64,000 nt of DNA, taken from a virus. The translations under genes and the position numbers were made by a program. Where the stretch lies: IMG/VR virus record IMGVR_UViG_3300021962_000026. One strand, written 5' to 3'. Each line of letters starts with the position of its first letter. Position 1 is the first letter of the stretch. Shown here piece after piece: positions 21,201-29,261 of this stretch. Under the pieces are notes generated by a model that saw nothing but the letters and a program-made list of their open reading frames with translations, ran no database searches and had not been told where the DNA came from.

Positions 21201-22830
21201 AACGATTACCGCGGCTCCATGCATTGTTATCACCACTGCTACGATTTATAACAATATAATCTTGATTTACAGGACTATTAAGAGTGGATTCAAAATTGCC
21301 CTCATCATATAATGTACTATCATAAGGAAGATTCGCACTCTTTACATAACTTTCTGGTGTTACTAAATCATCTACAGCAACTAATTTTATAGCAGATCCC
21401 ACTCCCTCAACATAATACCTATTATTTTGATATAATGCCGGAGTTACACTGGTGTCAAACTCTACCTTAAGACCGTTTGTAAATGCTACACCGTTAGGGC
21501 TAGTATAAGTCTCTCTACCTAGAACATCATTTACAAGGTCTATAGTAGAACTTGCACCTTGATCAACAAGTATAATTTTACCGTTGCGATTAACATCTGC
21601 ACCGTCCTGATAAAAAAGTTCACTTTGACCAGCAGTTATATTAGGAATTAATCTTAAGAAACCTTCTGGATCTTTATAAAATTCTCTACTACCATATGCA
21701 GTACCCTGACTGACATAAACTTTGTTTCCCTGCGTAATACTTTGAATAAGGCTTAACTGAATTGTGTCTACACCATCTACTGCATTCACATCTAAACGGA
21801 ACACACTGTAGCGTTGTTCATGTGTTAGAGCAGTAACAGGATCAAATGTTCCGGCACTGCCCTCTACAGTACCGCTATCATAGCCTTCAGCGTCAAAATT
21901 TGCACCCTGGTTCCAACGAGTCTCGTCCAGGGTATCGTTTATCATAATTATATCTTTGCCATCGAGTTGTGTAAGATTGTCTATGCCCGTTGGATATGAT
22001 GCAAGAAAAGCACTTAGTGTTTGGTTATGCAACTCACTGTATGTTAGTTCTGTTGCTAAGTCAACTACTGCATCAGTAGTCATATCTGTAAAGTTACTCT
22101 GAGCGTCTGCTAGTGGAACTCTAAATGTTACTGTGCCAGCGTCTTCGCCATTGTTAATTACTCCTAGCACTTCTCTTGTACTAATATTTTTCTGTTGGCT
22201 ATCTATTCCTGACAAGCCACGCTCTGTTTGAATCCAAAAAGGAATGCCAGGTTGATCTACTCTAAAAGTATATTCACCTCCTCTAGCAAGATAAAGAGTA
22301 GGATTAACACTAGCAGTTGCACTGTCAAATCTGTATACAGTTTCACTTGCTGATCTAAGTACGGTATAATCTTGAGTAGAATCTACTGTGCCAGCAAAAA
22401 CATTAACAGCGTCTGGACCTGAGGGTAACCAAAAATACTCACCGTAGTTAATTAATTTGTCAAAGTCAATAAAACTACTCCAATTATAAAATTCTTGTCT
22501 GTATAGTTTGTCCTGATTGGCTGTTTGTCCGTTATTGTAATTAATTGTGTTTAAAGCATCAATAATACTACTAACACTCTTGATGTCACCTGTACTATCC
22601 TGATAAACTACACCAGGCTCTAGCTGATAATTTTGTCTTGTGTTATTAATTTCAGTAAGGTATGTGTCTTTACTAGTAAAGTTTTCAGCATTTTTTCTAC
22701 CAATAAATCCACTGAATTTTCTTTTTGTTTCCTCACTGATCAATTGATCAAGTGTGGCATTTAAAAACTTAGTGTTTTTAGAGGTTCTAAAAACTTCAGG
22801 TAAAAGTATACTACTTTTTCTCACGGCCAT
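9259..22830 (-). CDS. giant baseplate wedge protein (gp7-like) with internal FG-GAP beta-propeller
   Basis: 4523 aa directly after gp6; LLPEVFRT N-terminus, YINEVKPYHT motif, seven FG-GAP-like blades at ~14030-15995. Confidence 0.7.
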   Translation of the reverse strand: MAVRKSSILLPEVFRTSKNTKFLNATLDQLISEETKRKFSGFIGRKNAENFTSKDTYLTEINNTRQNYQLEPGVVYQDSTGDIKSVSSIIDALNTINYNNGQTANQDKLYRQEFYNWSSFIDFDKLINYGEYFWLPSGPDAVNVFAGTVDSTQDYTVLRSASETVYRFDSATASVNPTLYLARGGEYTFRVDQPGIPFWIQTERGLSGIDSQQKNISTREVLGVINNGEDAGTVTFRVPLADAQSNFTDMTTDAVVDLATELTYSELHNQTLSAFLASYPTGIDNLTQLDGKDIIMINDTLDETRWNQGANFDAEGYDSGTVEGSAGTFDPVTALTHEQRYSVFRLDVNAVDGVDTIQLSLIQSITQGNKVYVSQGTAYGSREFYKDPEGFLRLIPNITAGQSELFYQDGADVNRNGKIILVDQGASSTIDLVNDVLGRETYTSPNGVAFTNGLKVEFDTSVTPALYQNNRYYVEGVGSAIKLVAVDDLVTPESYVKSANLPYDSTLYDEGNFESTLNSPVNQDYIVINRSSGDNNAWSRGNRWFHRNVITATASYNNFNTIIDDAARAKRPIIEFDSGLKLFNMGITSKTPVTVIDTVQTDAFSNVNGTLGYYSDGIELTPGVTIIFSADPDIRQNIYRVDHIDQDANIATAPIINLVKIDTVSINDSVLSSLGSTNQGKVFYYTTDSAGNNIWKLAQQKTKLNQEPLFDVFDGDHVSFGDTTKYASTNFTGNKLFSYKRNNNASADTILGFGLTYKNIANVGDIVFENNYITDKFQYTSSTGSVNVIIKSGHAHKYNGTTRTLHNGWTKVKHESRQWQQIQHIVDSEKYVFEIGSEPKEIIGDVTLQVFVNGTFQTADKYSQLAQNDKFYVTFNSALATDDVVLIRVYSDTVNPLGFYEVASNLENNANNADFETLTLGQCRNHFIEITRNIAGFTGKSLGSNNARDLTYKNYSGKILQHSAGGTLAHYLLTMDDNLFVSSMKYSLEEYTRFKNRLLDNLDKLDIDLRNPSGALDTILTFMVGSKSSDFPFYYTDMLPWGSEKTVTNITLDQTTERTFEFTTQFDLTSVSSQGVLVYLNEDGKKTQLVYGKDYTFDTVQASVTLNDKIDLAVGDVIEIVEYANTNGSFVPPTPSKLGLYPKFQPSISLDDTYQTGTSSGTGPFKIYGTSDSRYVQRSQGQTGWYYPLYTTSAAAAAADSAGQSHPHKFEGTDRIFYMPSTNQAHGAIDTDAYEEYKNYTPVIVGHDGSRWVAYKDLRDRIILEYETRVYNNIKTNYNPDVFNILEISSGYFRDTLADFALDNNIIGKYFATWAHKNQLDYITNTQHQIENQFTWNYNYATTKDKNSRLPGYWRAIYRWLYDTETPHLTPWEMIGFYEKPSYWDTRYGRAPYTRGNYVLWQDLEDGKRFQSADEDSAYTTNDLWKRPGLTNLIPVDDQGKLIPPGQFLTQGSFETNTANDWRIGDTAPVEAAWKRSSEWPFVVQILAALKRPAKYFALLWDANLVEKNTGYDQILQKNKSYRHKISDYKLNGTTIGTTTSVNRVEGYNQFLESYLKFKSLSIGDLQTRVQNLQLKLVHPIAGYTNLAECKLIIESTTPSSTSNNIFVPDENLNLYLNKSTPLERITYSGVNVTKRVNGYEVTGFDTDNPFFKIIPSLKSPNNITVTVGNTTTVVYQDSQKFISNIPYGTIIPTKQQLCDFMVAYQRYLVAKGFIFEDKNSNDETKDFALAIKEFLLWDQQGWPVNSVIGISPANNEIRVNRPFTTIDNLAKTGNIKNPSNKALRATEYNVSRIDNLSVVTVNADTNQIYSAQLDPIQYEHYLVVDNTTIFNDVIYQPELGNRQARIKFVGFKSNPWNGTLHSPGFINNANKFDVWVENTDYKKGDIVNHNKKLYAAVDNHTGETKFNFNNWRPVTDMKTGLLPNITQKADRFTDFYDFDKSNLESSTDKAAKGQIGFRPRDYLDQLGLDDVSQVKFYQGMVRNKGTKNVIDRLTTAELTNLNQEIEVFEEWGFRAGAFGSIDSNQVIELIVDEARAQENQVTVELLNAGDTGSGLGLAYYSGDLLKIPNKYDKNIFNTRTSNVKKTDIIGAGHVRIDDADLTVFDLENNLDQITANIATIGRGTTIWNAKGNLDWDIYRVTEINAEIISLNQSGTGFITYTTNRTHTLVKDDYIVIKSADQIIGGAKQVHSTYGSTQFTIRVDDDVEIDEITGLVIAIYKLTSSRFANTSNIATFTPPYGWQENELAWVDYDENQNWATFKKSTPWNYKNVSYNIESVGDSKFGTSLAITDDSLSLFVGSPEQSVGVVYPYSRDSNGVFNPGTSIVAQDIRTSIDAYGFAVAAGTEWLAVGAPSSESSIGYVFMYKRDYTGVFTNLTQSIRLPSPGAAAKFGYSVSISKDDRYLFVGAPGENKVHIYTLVEVASSKVTSQTFTGDNSTTAFTLDTAADNSYQLYIKDGNGKEYLPFKDWTVSGTTLTFTTAPAASLSLVVRRQSYFNYSGSVTGSSTLSGDQFGFSLDVDTTGETLIVGAPYSDVDGKTDAGSAYMFHHIVERFTGNGTSHEFTATTTLPDNFYIEVDGVKQSLATGSFGGFDSDSSENRYTVVGNTISFRYIPALGTNIRVYTGSFVEMQIFTQQDAIVSGETPQDNENFGYSVALDAYGAIATVGSPGEDETNPNTGSVFVFIDEGLRFGEVTTTSTNKSTFTTQFDSISVDDFEVTMSFNTSADPARFATPINTSTDLVNINATLTTNGQVKITSTSTVPNKKLKVRPGVGTTFRALAEVRPFKFAQKINHPFAGENENFGRVVEMDKFIPVDGAGKQRLVISSDRATTLLPAEFDIDTNTSSVTYDEPLTTFDANSTKFIDKVSQSGAAYVYDLLDSSNTISNPQSSANPPKFAFGQQLRSINIGTLDEFGGSVAINAGRIFVGSPADDIWLSNAGSFYLFENTNNTDTWNKYRVQTPKVDIDVINRIVTYDKTTNEIQDFIDTVDIYKNKLPGIAQGELDYILPIDPAVYNVSTIQDQVTYAENNNWNDEKVGRLWWDLSTCRVIEYEQGDLEYRSQHWNQFFPGSSIDIYEWTESTVPPSLHVASGLPGTPKHTDDSAYSVSLQYNSITNTSVTRYYYWVTGLTTFPNDERRQISTEGVRQLIENPMSTGTKYISIIDKNAFVMNNMSNSWADRNTVLSINYDVVKNEGIVHSEFELVSEGDDAQILPANIKAKLIDSLAGADKTGAVVPDATLSAGERYGIAIRPRQTMFVNRQAALKTFVNYCNNIFASRPIARQFVLTSLFASDPQPSSLTYDKKVPNVETRDFLAVLTLPAGYKVLVEKDETNNDNWSLYTLQIATDNTRTWNLTRVQGYNTARYWDYVTWYATGFDNTTIPKYTVSTEPDLLTLTSAASGDIAKVLSNDDGNFSLFQYNGTIWTEVIIEKGTIKILDTVYDFNNIETGSFIGFDTGVFEFANFDRVPHQEVRTIATAVFNEIFTGELALNANILFFRMVEYALHEVNVGNPDWLLKTSFIRVLHKIRDLDQYPTYQLDNSTFVEEYINEVKPYHTTIREYVAKYDGVDNWNGDVTDFDLHSFYDSSLEYFRKPSGDYGGDEITRTQGLNQPWSQNYTYYVDSIVIVSAGTGFLDNPVLTISAPDVAGGTQATAIAVTNGSGIVRVTMTNKGSGYTKNPTITITGQGTGLKLSPRLKNDQVREFDTTLKFDRITYSTTVKDWAASTTYANNDLVAYYNTTTKIQEVYQVNKVGGFTTGTTFSVEDTTGATVLVPYADENLTSAADRIGAYYVPSVGMIGDDLELLQPGTGYLANKVSGLGFDKEPGFDSSQWDVGAFDDFEIDTDGLTTVSGLDTVIKSTFSDLALGTRPEDIDVDGGKFVDVYNSHAPEEFVPGIVFDNLDMEVYTDPSDDFLGDGNSFKTVSRTYIADGLNNKFSYGSQTRKELVDYLVVYQGSTRIFNFTVDYEYRTISFASTPVSGTNIRIYGYGVTGEKLTHEEVIIGDGSTLQFTLGLEYRRFTQLIVLVDGVPTDVTTSQQNLVVNLTFYSAPSDGAVIHVLVSNRSEDKPAFTYGQTQEITLTSGTYIYNLDQAFDDDFANPLTGNIIVELGTERLRPANSEYYTLDGSTLSYLVPHTAQETAVNTSTGDISVTRLDKTNNVTQNLAYIQDYTITETVDATSTAVYQVNLLSAYNSGDTLIVSVENRNEFYIDAGDLRIDPSVSFVTGDKVYVTSFNNHDPLRIQTKVFIGQGSELVASIDEFDEVGYDSGDFDAEALTGLALNKYTLDRTPTSGNNLWVTLDGIRLHAGEFTIDNNGRIDLSSQIVNANSEIIVTHFSENKIEPTIGYRMVNDMLGNYEYFRLCNDGQTQLSQDLLAGDTKIYVEDARKLPLANPTGDKPGVIYVGNERITYWEISYEDNYVTNIRRSTMGTRWAPTHLKGTQVYDTTDNQRLPATDTHTKTWYTVGNSSAADGNGLQSSVSVNAAFLKACEAALPNFIAENNSPKYIEDGYVDPGYVEELEL

Positions 22831-25800
22831 TAGTAACTATAACCTCCTGCACCAGTAATTCTTGTAGTACTTCCGCCTACACTTATATTAGTAGTTGTTT
22901 CCACAACTGTGTTAGCACTGCCAGTAGATACACTTTCAACTCTAGAAATGTCAGCAGTTGAATTAATGACTGCACCACTTGCTTGTAGTTGAGCAGCAGT
23001 AATAACATCAATTATTTGTACATCGTTTACTGTTGCAGCACTAATAAAAATTTCGTCTCTACTACTTGCAATTTGATATAAACTACCAAAACCACTTGTG
23101 CTATTTTTAGGAACAATAATTATACTTAATACATCTGGAGATAGTGTATTGTGTAGATAGGCACTAAGTTCACTAAAATAGAAAGTGTCACCAAAGTCCC
23201 AGTTATCTAGAGAAAAGTAATTGTTAATTGCTTCTACTACTCTTGCTTTAATTTCATTATCACTTACAAGTGTGCTAGTGTTTTTAACAATTTTAAAGTT
23301 TGCTTGCAATTCTGCGTCTGCCTTGTCGCCAAATAATGGTCTGTAGTTTACGCTATTGAAAATAATAGCATCACTTACACTCTTGTAAGTTTCCAAACTT
23401 CCATAACTATCTCTTAATTCGTTAGTGCTAGGTTTTACTGGTTTGGTTACACTACCAGTAATATCAGTAACATAATTGCGATAGTCTGTGTCATACTGTC
23501 GTGTTAACAAATACAAATCAATAATGTTGCTTGGTGCAGGATCAATGCGTCTATTATTAGGTGCATTGTGAGTATACTGGAATAGTATATTAGATCTGCC
23601 TACCTTTGTAATATATTCCGTTGTTTCTGTTAAAACTTTTGTGTTAGCACTGTTAACACTTAGGATATAAAATTTTCCAGTTGAACTGGTATAAAAAACT
23701 TGTCCAGCACTATAGGTTTCTTTAACTGCGTTTGCCGCAGTTAGTGTAGTATAATAACTTTCTACTAACGTATTAGAAACAGGCTCAAGTCTAGTATAAC
23801 CATAATTGTCAAGGAAAGTTTTGTAAAACACTATTTTGGAGGCACTGTTAACATTTGGTCCAACTACTTTGTCAAAAACATCAGGATCATCAATAGCGTT
23901 ATCGCTGTCTTGATCCGGAAAAGTAATTTTTATACGTTCTGTTAGTACAAAACCGTCTGCTTCTACAACAGTATCATCTACATGCATTACATAGTTTTGT
24001 GCAAAGGGACTATTACTATCTGGCAAACTGTTAACTTTGAGCATAACAATTTTATCACGGATAGTTTTGCCAGTACGTGGATCAAAAATCTTTAAGTCTT
24101 TATCAAAATAAAAACGGGTTTCTAAATAACTTTCAAAAATGTAATCTAATTGTCTGTATTTTACAGTATATGTTTCGCCGTCGTTGGTTAACAGGAAGTA
24201 CCAACTAGCATCTAAATTGTTACCTGAAGTATCTCCAGCATACTGTGTGCTAAAGGCAGTGGATTGGTTAAGGTTAACGCTGTTAATAACAGTCCAGGCC
24301 TGTGTATCCTGATCATAGCGTATACCCAATGTTTTATAATCACCTATATCTGCTATTAATGCCTGCCTAACTGCACTGGTTAAACTTGTATTCCAGGGAA
24401 TAATAATTGTATCTAATTCTGCTAGGTCAGGTATAACTTCAGTAAGTGTAACAGGACCCAAGCCACTATCCAAATTACCAGTTCCCTGATTTGTGCCATC
24501 CTCAACTAGGTTACTACAAGTTGTCCACAAATATGTTTTAGTGTTTAAATCGCCGGCGCTGCCTACTATAAGATTGTTGTTAACATCGAACACATATCCA
24601 GTGGGTGCATTAAATTTTATTAAACTACCTTCCTTAAAGTATTTCATGTTACTACTTGTAAAAGTAGATACTTGTTGTGGGTTTCCACTGCTATTTTTAA
24701 AGTAACCAGTACATACGCCAGTACCTATAGTTGATTGTTCCCAGGTAATACTTAATCCACTTACATCTATTCTTGGTTGTTTATCCAAGAAATAATGTAA
24801 CATGCTTTTACCCTGTATAATTCGTTCAAATTGTGTACTTATTACATTACTAATATCACTGTCTGTAATAAAGTCAAATGTAAAGGTAGGAAGCAATGAA
24901 TCTTTGTAAATTATTCCGTCTTCTGCAAAAATGTTTGTGCTAGAATATTTTCCTGTAGTATCTCTAACATCCAAATATCTACTAATACCACTGCTTGTAC
25001 GGTTAACTGCCTTACTCTTTACTACACTGTTAAAACTTGTAAATGGTAAAATCTGATAATCTTCGCCAGTTACCATACGATCCTGAGTATAATATTGCTG
25101 TTGTGCTCTTGCTTTAATGTCGTTTAGGTTTTCTCTAGCAATAGCATTAGCAACAGTTTGTTTTAAACTCATGTTAAGAGTTAGTGTTTCAACCTGTGCA
25201 CTATGGCTCAAATAGGGCAATGTAATTGTTACATTGTTCATATCCTGTGGACTTATTTTATATGTGAAGCCATTTCCTGTTCTAAAGTAACATCTGTAGT
25301 TGCCTTGTGGAATATCACTAAATACACCGTCGCCAAATACAAGGCTTATTCTGTCGCCTGCACGGCTTTGTACATTGTACAAACTCTTGATGTTTTTACT
25401 TAAACTATTAAAGATAACATTATTACCACTAATAGCAGGAACTTTTGTCCATAGTGTTTGCTCATTGCCATTACTGTCTAGTTCATACAACCAAATATCA
25501 TTATTGTCAACACCAGCAACATCTATTTCTACAACACGATTTGGTAATGCTTCATCAATACTAAAGTCTACAGTCTGTAGATTGCCCTGTTTAAAGTAAA
25601 AGAAGTAACCAGTATTGTTACTGTTAAAACCACGTGCATCGTTTTTGTAAATTGTATTAAGTGTGCTACCTGGCTTTGGTGGAACTTCATACAAAAAGTC
25701 TGTTCCACTATAAGTTCCATTAACAATTTCAAAGTTAAATGTCTGGCCGCCTACAGTATTTGAATAATCAAAAATACCCACTGTGTTGGGTATAGTGCTT

Positions 25801-26366
25801 AAATTATATTCTTCAATTTTAATGCCGCCAACTGTAGTTCTTAAACTAGGAGCACCAAAACGCTGTGTCTTTACAGTTGCACTGTTCATTACAGTTGTAA
25901 ACTGCTCTAGGAAGTCTGGGTTTGTTTCGTCTGCCCAAAAAATTTCTGTATTAGCAAGGTTATTGCCATTACTATCAAATATGTTTTCTGTTGTTTGAAC
26001 ACTGTCTACTTTCAACATACCTCGAGCAATTTGTGCTCGTTTGGGTGTATAGTTAAGCATTCTAGCAAGGCGGAGAATACTATCTCTTCGCTCTGCTGTT
26101 TCTAAAAAGTTTTCTCTAGCATTTAAATCTGATCTGAAGCTAAGGCTTTGTGCAATATATGCAATAAGATCTATGAGCGCAACATACTCTGAACTTTCAA
26201 TAAAATCGTTAAAGTCTTCAGGGTAGAACTCTCTGAGATAATCCACCATTGCTTTACGGATAGTCTGAAAGTCATAGCTCTGAAAGTCTATTTCTTTAAA
26301 ACTTTCATAGACTTTTGTCCAGTCTTCCGTAGCAAATAAGTTACTTGATCGTGTTGTATGCGCCAT
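22830..26366 (-). CDS. baseplate wedge subunit (T4 gp6-like)
   Basis: DFQTIRKAM...DFIESSE..ALIDLIAY...ENFLETAERRDS.LRLARMLNY, FGDGVF and RMVTGEDY motifs; follows gp25. Confidence 0.85.
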   Translation of the reverse strand: MAHTTRSSNLFATEDWTKVYESFKEIDFQSYDFQTIRKAMVDYLREFYPEDFNDFIESSEYVALIDLIAYIAQSLSFRSDLNARENFLETAERRDSILRLARMLNYTPKRAQIARGMLKVDSVQTTENIFDSNGNNLANTEIFWADETNPDFLEQFTTVMNSATVKTQRFGAPSLRTTVGGIKIEEYNLSTIPNTVGIFDYSNTVGGQTFNFEIVNGTYSGTDFLYEVPPKPGSTLNTIYKNDARGFNSNNTGYFFYFKQGNLQTVDFSIDEALPNRVVEIDVAGVDNNDIWLYELDSNGNEQTLWTKVPAISGNNVIFNSLSKNIKSLYNVQSRAGDRISLVFGDGVFSDIPQGNYRCYFRTGNGFTYKISPQDMNNVTITLPYLSHSAQVETLTLNMSLKQTVANAIARENLNDIKARAQQQYYTQDRMVTGEDYQILPFTSFNSVVKSKAVNRTSSGISRYLDVRDTTGKYSSTNIFAEDGIIYKDSLLPTFTFDFITDSDISNVISTQFERIIQGKSMLHYFLDKQPRIDVSGLSITWEQSTIGTGVCTGYFKNSSGNPQQVSTFTSSNMKYFKEGSLIKFNAPTGYVFDVNNNLIVGSAGDLNTKTYLWTTCSNLVEDGTNQGTGNLDSGLGPVTLTEVIPDLAELDTIIIPWNTSLTSAVRQALIADIGDYKTLGIRYDQDTQAWTVINSVNLNQSTAFSTQYAGDTSGNNLDASWYFLLTNDGETYTVKYRQLDYIFESYLETRFYFDKDLKIFDPRTGKTIRDKIVMLKVNSLPDSNSPFAQNYVMHVDDTVVEADGFVLTERIKITFPDQDSDNAIDDPDVFDKVVGPNVNSASKIVFYKTFLDNYGYTRLEPVSNTLVESYYTTLTAANAVKETYSAGQVFYTSSTGKFYILSVNSANTKVLTETTEYITKVGRSNILFQYTHNAPNNRRIDPAPSNIIDLYLLTRQYDTDYRNYVTDITGSVTKPVKPSTNELRDSYGSLETYKSVSDAIIFNSVNYRPLFGDKADAELQANFKIVKNTSTLVSDNEIKARVVEAINNYFSLDNWDFGDTFYFSELSAYLHNTLSPDVLSIIIVPKNSTSGFGSLYQIASSRDEIFISAATVNDVQIIDVITAAQLQASGAVINSTADISRVESVSTGSANTVVETTTNISVGGSTTRITGAGGYSY

Positions 26367-26412
26367 AAATGTAAACCTTTTTAGTATTTATGAGTTATTT
26401 TATATGGGCATA

Positions 26413-26784
26413 TTAAGTAACAGTACCATCTTGTCTGTTAAAATTAATTAATAGGTTTTCGACCTGATTTGTTTTTACATACAATAACTCTATTTGGCAC
26501 TGTATTCCATGTTCATATTCTACTAATACAAGGTTTTTAAGTGCTACTCTAGGATCGCTTTTTATAGTGGTAGTAACTTCCTCAATTAATAAATTCTTTA
26601 CTTCTTCAGTAAGGGGTTCCATTACCAAATCCATAACACTACTTCCGTAAGCAGGATTCATAATTTTTTCACCCTTGCGTATTGCAAAACTGTTAAGTAG
26701 ATCTCTTTTAATAAGGTCACTGTCTACTAAGCGGGAATTTTTAAACTCACCTTCTAATGTGCTAAAGCCACGATATAAACTCAT
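26413..26784 (-). CDS. baseplate wedge subunit (T4 gp25-like)
   Basis: IKRDLLN...RKGEKIMNPAYGS...EP...DPRV gp25/GPW signature. Confidence 0.9.
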   Translation of the reverse strand: MSLYRGFSTLEGEFKNSRLVDSDLIKRDLLNSFAIRKGEKIMNPAYGSSVMDLVMEPLTEEVKNLLIEEVTTTIKSDPRVALKNLVLVEYEHGIQCQIELLYVKTNQVENLLINFNRQDGTVT

Positions 26785-26794
26785 CTCTATCCTC

Positions 26795-27619
26795 CTAGTA
26801 CTTAATCTTTCCTGCTCGTACTTGTCTATAAAACTCTAGTACAAAGTCCTTGCCACGCAAATCTGTTTGTGCTTTAAACTTATTTAATGCTTGAGATCTT
26901 GCTGCTCGTCGTGTTGTTAGATATTCAAGTGCATTTGCCTGTCTTTCTGCTGGACTAAGATTATAATCTACCCTATAACGAGGTGTTGACAATGTAACTG
27001 ATTGCAAATTTGCTTTTTGGTTTTCCCAAAAATAATTAAGCATAAAATCAGGAGATTTATTTAATTGGTCCAGTGTACCTGCTTGGGCAACAGTGCTATA
27101 TCCTTTTTGAAACCAGGGTATAAGTTGGCTGGTCATATCAGTGTCGTTAGTTGTCTGATATACGCCCATGCTAGGCCTAGGAGATATATTTTGTCCCTGT
27201 CTAAATTGTAACACTGCGCGACTTCCAAATCCTTTTGCTGCTACCAGTAAACCTGCAATGTCTGCTTCAGGATCGTCTGGCTGTATACCGCCGTTCAGAC
27301 TAAGTTCTTCATACAAATCTCTTAGTTCTACAGTGTTTAAATTTTCTTGAATTTGGGAATTTGCATAAAAGTCTTCTCTGCTTAATATGTTAAGTTTCCC
27401 AGTCCATACTCTTGGGTTTGCTAGTTCTCCATTGAACACTGCATAGGATTTTACAAATCCATTTTTCTTTAGTATGTTTATATTAGCACCATATTTTCCG
27501 ATTGCTCTACTTGTTGGGTGTTGATATCTAGATTGGCCTGCACTTCCAATAAGATCTACAATGGCAGTCTTTATTACTGCTACTGTCTCCTCGTGTAACT
27601 TTTCTATGGATACTGTCAT
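26795..27619 (-). CDS. baseplate-associated protein, possibly a degenerate lysozyme-like domain
   Basis: Between gp5 and gp25; AIGKYG...LKKNGFVK...WTGK...QE pattern recalls GKYQ-type lysozyme-like domains, but no clear catalytic Glu. Confidence 0.4.
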   Translation of the reverse strand: MTVSIEKLHEETVAVIKTAIVDLIGSAGQSRYQHPTSRAIGKYGANINILKKNGFVKSYAVFNGELANPRVWTGKLNILSREDFYANSQIQENLNTVELRDLYEELSLNGGIQPDDPEADIAGLLVAAKGFGSRAVLQFRQGQNISPRPSMGVYQTTNDTDMTSQLIPWFQKGYSTVAQAGTLDQLNKSPDFMLNYFWENQKANLQSVTLSTPRYRVDYNLSPAERQANALEYLTTRRAARSQALNKFKAQTDLRGKDFVLEFYRQVRAGKIKY

Positions 27620-27631
27620 AATTTTATCCTT

Positions 27632-29245
27632 TTAAGTGAATATACTTGAACCACTAAAATTATTTACTCTACTTTTTACTGCACTTAACCCCTGACTGCT
27701 AACCTTAACTGGCTGCTTGGGTTTTGCTACACTAAGATTGCCACTATCAGGAACATCAGTTACTGAAACAGTTCTTAAAATAGTTGCCTGAGTAACATTT
27801 CCATGTTGATCGTAAGGTTCATGAGTTGGCACGCGATCTACAGTTGTGTTAATTGCATCTTTATCTTTTACATAAAACCCTAGGTTATCTGTTTTAACGT
27901 CATTTAACTTTTTAATTTTTACACTGTTTTGTTTTTTAGCAGGAGACGCACTGCCATTCAAACTTATGAGACTTGCTTGTAGATTCATAGGGCCACTGGA
28001 TTGTATATTAGTGCTAGAACTGCCTGACATGTTTAAAACACTGTCGCTTTTAATATTAATACTCTTACCACCATAAATCATACTATCGCCATCGCTGTAC
28101 ATATTTGCGAGTTTTTTGCCTTCTAGTATTAAACTTCCGCCACTAACCATCTGTATTTGCTCGCCAGCATGAAACTTTATACTTTCATCTGCATGAAAAT
28201 TCATGCTATTGCTACGCAAATTAATGTTGGTTTGACTGTATATGTCCAGTTGGCCATTGCTGTCTATCTGTACCCAAACATTGCCCTGACTATTACTAAT
28301 ATAAATTACACCTTCAGTGTCGTGTAGTAATACTTGATGTCCGGCGGCACTACGCAAACGCACAAGATTGTTATTGCCTTCTAAATCGCCATCATCCATC
28401 ACAAAGGCATGGCCATGCTTTCGTGCTATTTTGCCTTCTACTGCTCGAGCATCTGCGTTAGACAAATCGTCACCACTGGCTAGTTTGCCTATTATATCAG
28501 GTCTGTCCTTAATATCAACACCGTCTTTGTCTGTTTTTCTACCTTTAGTACTAATACCAAAAACTTCCGTAGGTGTTTCACGCATTGCGTTACTGCTAGT
28601 TAAGCCACGCACTTCGTCTTGATCTAGGCCTTGTACTTTTAATTGTATTGCTCGATCTACGTCTACCCCACGCTGTACTTTGTTAAAATTAGTTAGTTTG
28701 TTTACATCGTTGTCTTTATCGTTAAATTCTAGGCCTGGTGCTTTGTTATGTCTTACTAAAACCTCTGTGCCAGCTTTTTCAAAATTACTGGTCATTGCAC
28801 TCTCAGGAAGTGTTTGCATCATATATACATCTGGAGCACATGCAAACCAGAAGCCATCCTGGTTTCTGCCTTCTGGGAAAAAGCAAAGAACACTAGTGCC
28901 AACATCAGGACAGGGATAAATTATACCACCTGTGTTTTTAACACTTGTAGCATTGTTGCCACTGCCTTGTAATTCTGTACGACTGTAAAAAGGAGTTGCG
29001 TATCTAACCTGACGCCACTTAGTGGGATCGTCCTCTAGTCTTTTACTATCCTGAGTGCCAGTATTTCCAAAGGTTGGCACAAATACTTGCAGCACACCCA
29101 TAGCACTAGGATGGGCATTAGTCTTAACTATGCCTAATACTATACCACGCTCTTCTCTTATTCCTTTGGCACGCTCAGTTTGGTAATCAGCATCACCACC
29201 GCTACGTCCACTAGAATATTGTCTTGCTTGAGTTGGGCCAGCCAT
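27632..29245 (-). CDS. baseplate hub/central spike protein (T4 gp5-like, no lysozyme domain)
   Basis: OB-fold region (GVLQVFVP...PDVGTSVLCFF), GHAFVMDDGD...RLRSAAGHQVLLHD, beta-helix repeats, RVPTHEPY. Confidence 0.8.
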   Translation of the reverse strand: MAGPTQARQYSSGRSGGDADYQTERAKGIREERGIVLGIVKTNAHPSAMGVLQVFVPTFGNTGTQDSKRLEDDPTKWRQVRYATPFYSRTELQGSGNNATSVKNTGGIIYPCPDVGTSVLCFFPEGRNQDGFWFACAPDVYMMQTLPESAMTSNFEKAGTEVLVRHNKAPGLEFNDKDNDVNKLTNFNKVQRGVDVDRAIQLKVQGLDQDEVRGLTSSNAMRETPTEVFGISTKGRKTDKDGVDIKDRPDIIGKLASGDDLSNADARAVEGKIARKHGHAFVMDDGDLEGNNNLVRLRSAAGHQVLLHDTEGVIYISNSQGNVWVQIDSNGQLDIYSQTNINLRSNSMNFHADESIKFHAGEQIQMVSGGSLILEGKKLANMYSDGDSMIYGGKSINIKSDSVLNMSGSSSTNIQSSGPMNLQASLISLNGSASPAKKQNSVKIKKLNDVKTDNLGFYVKDKDAINTTVDRVPTHEPYDQHGNVTQATILRTVSVTDVPDSGNLSVAKPKQPVKVSSQGLSAVKSRVNNFSGSSIFT

Positions 29246-29261
29246 TTAGTATCCTTTACAA

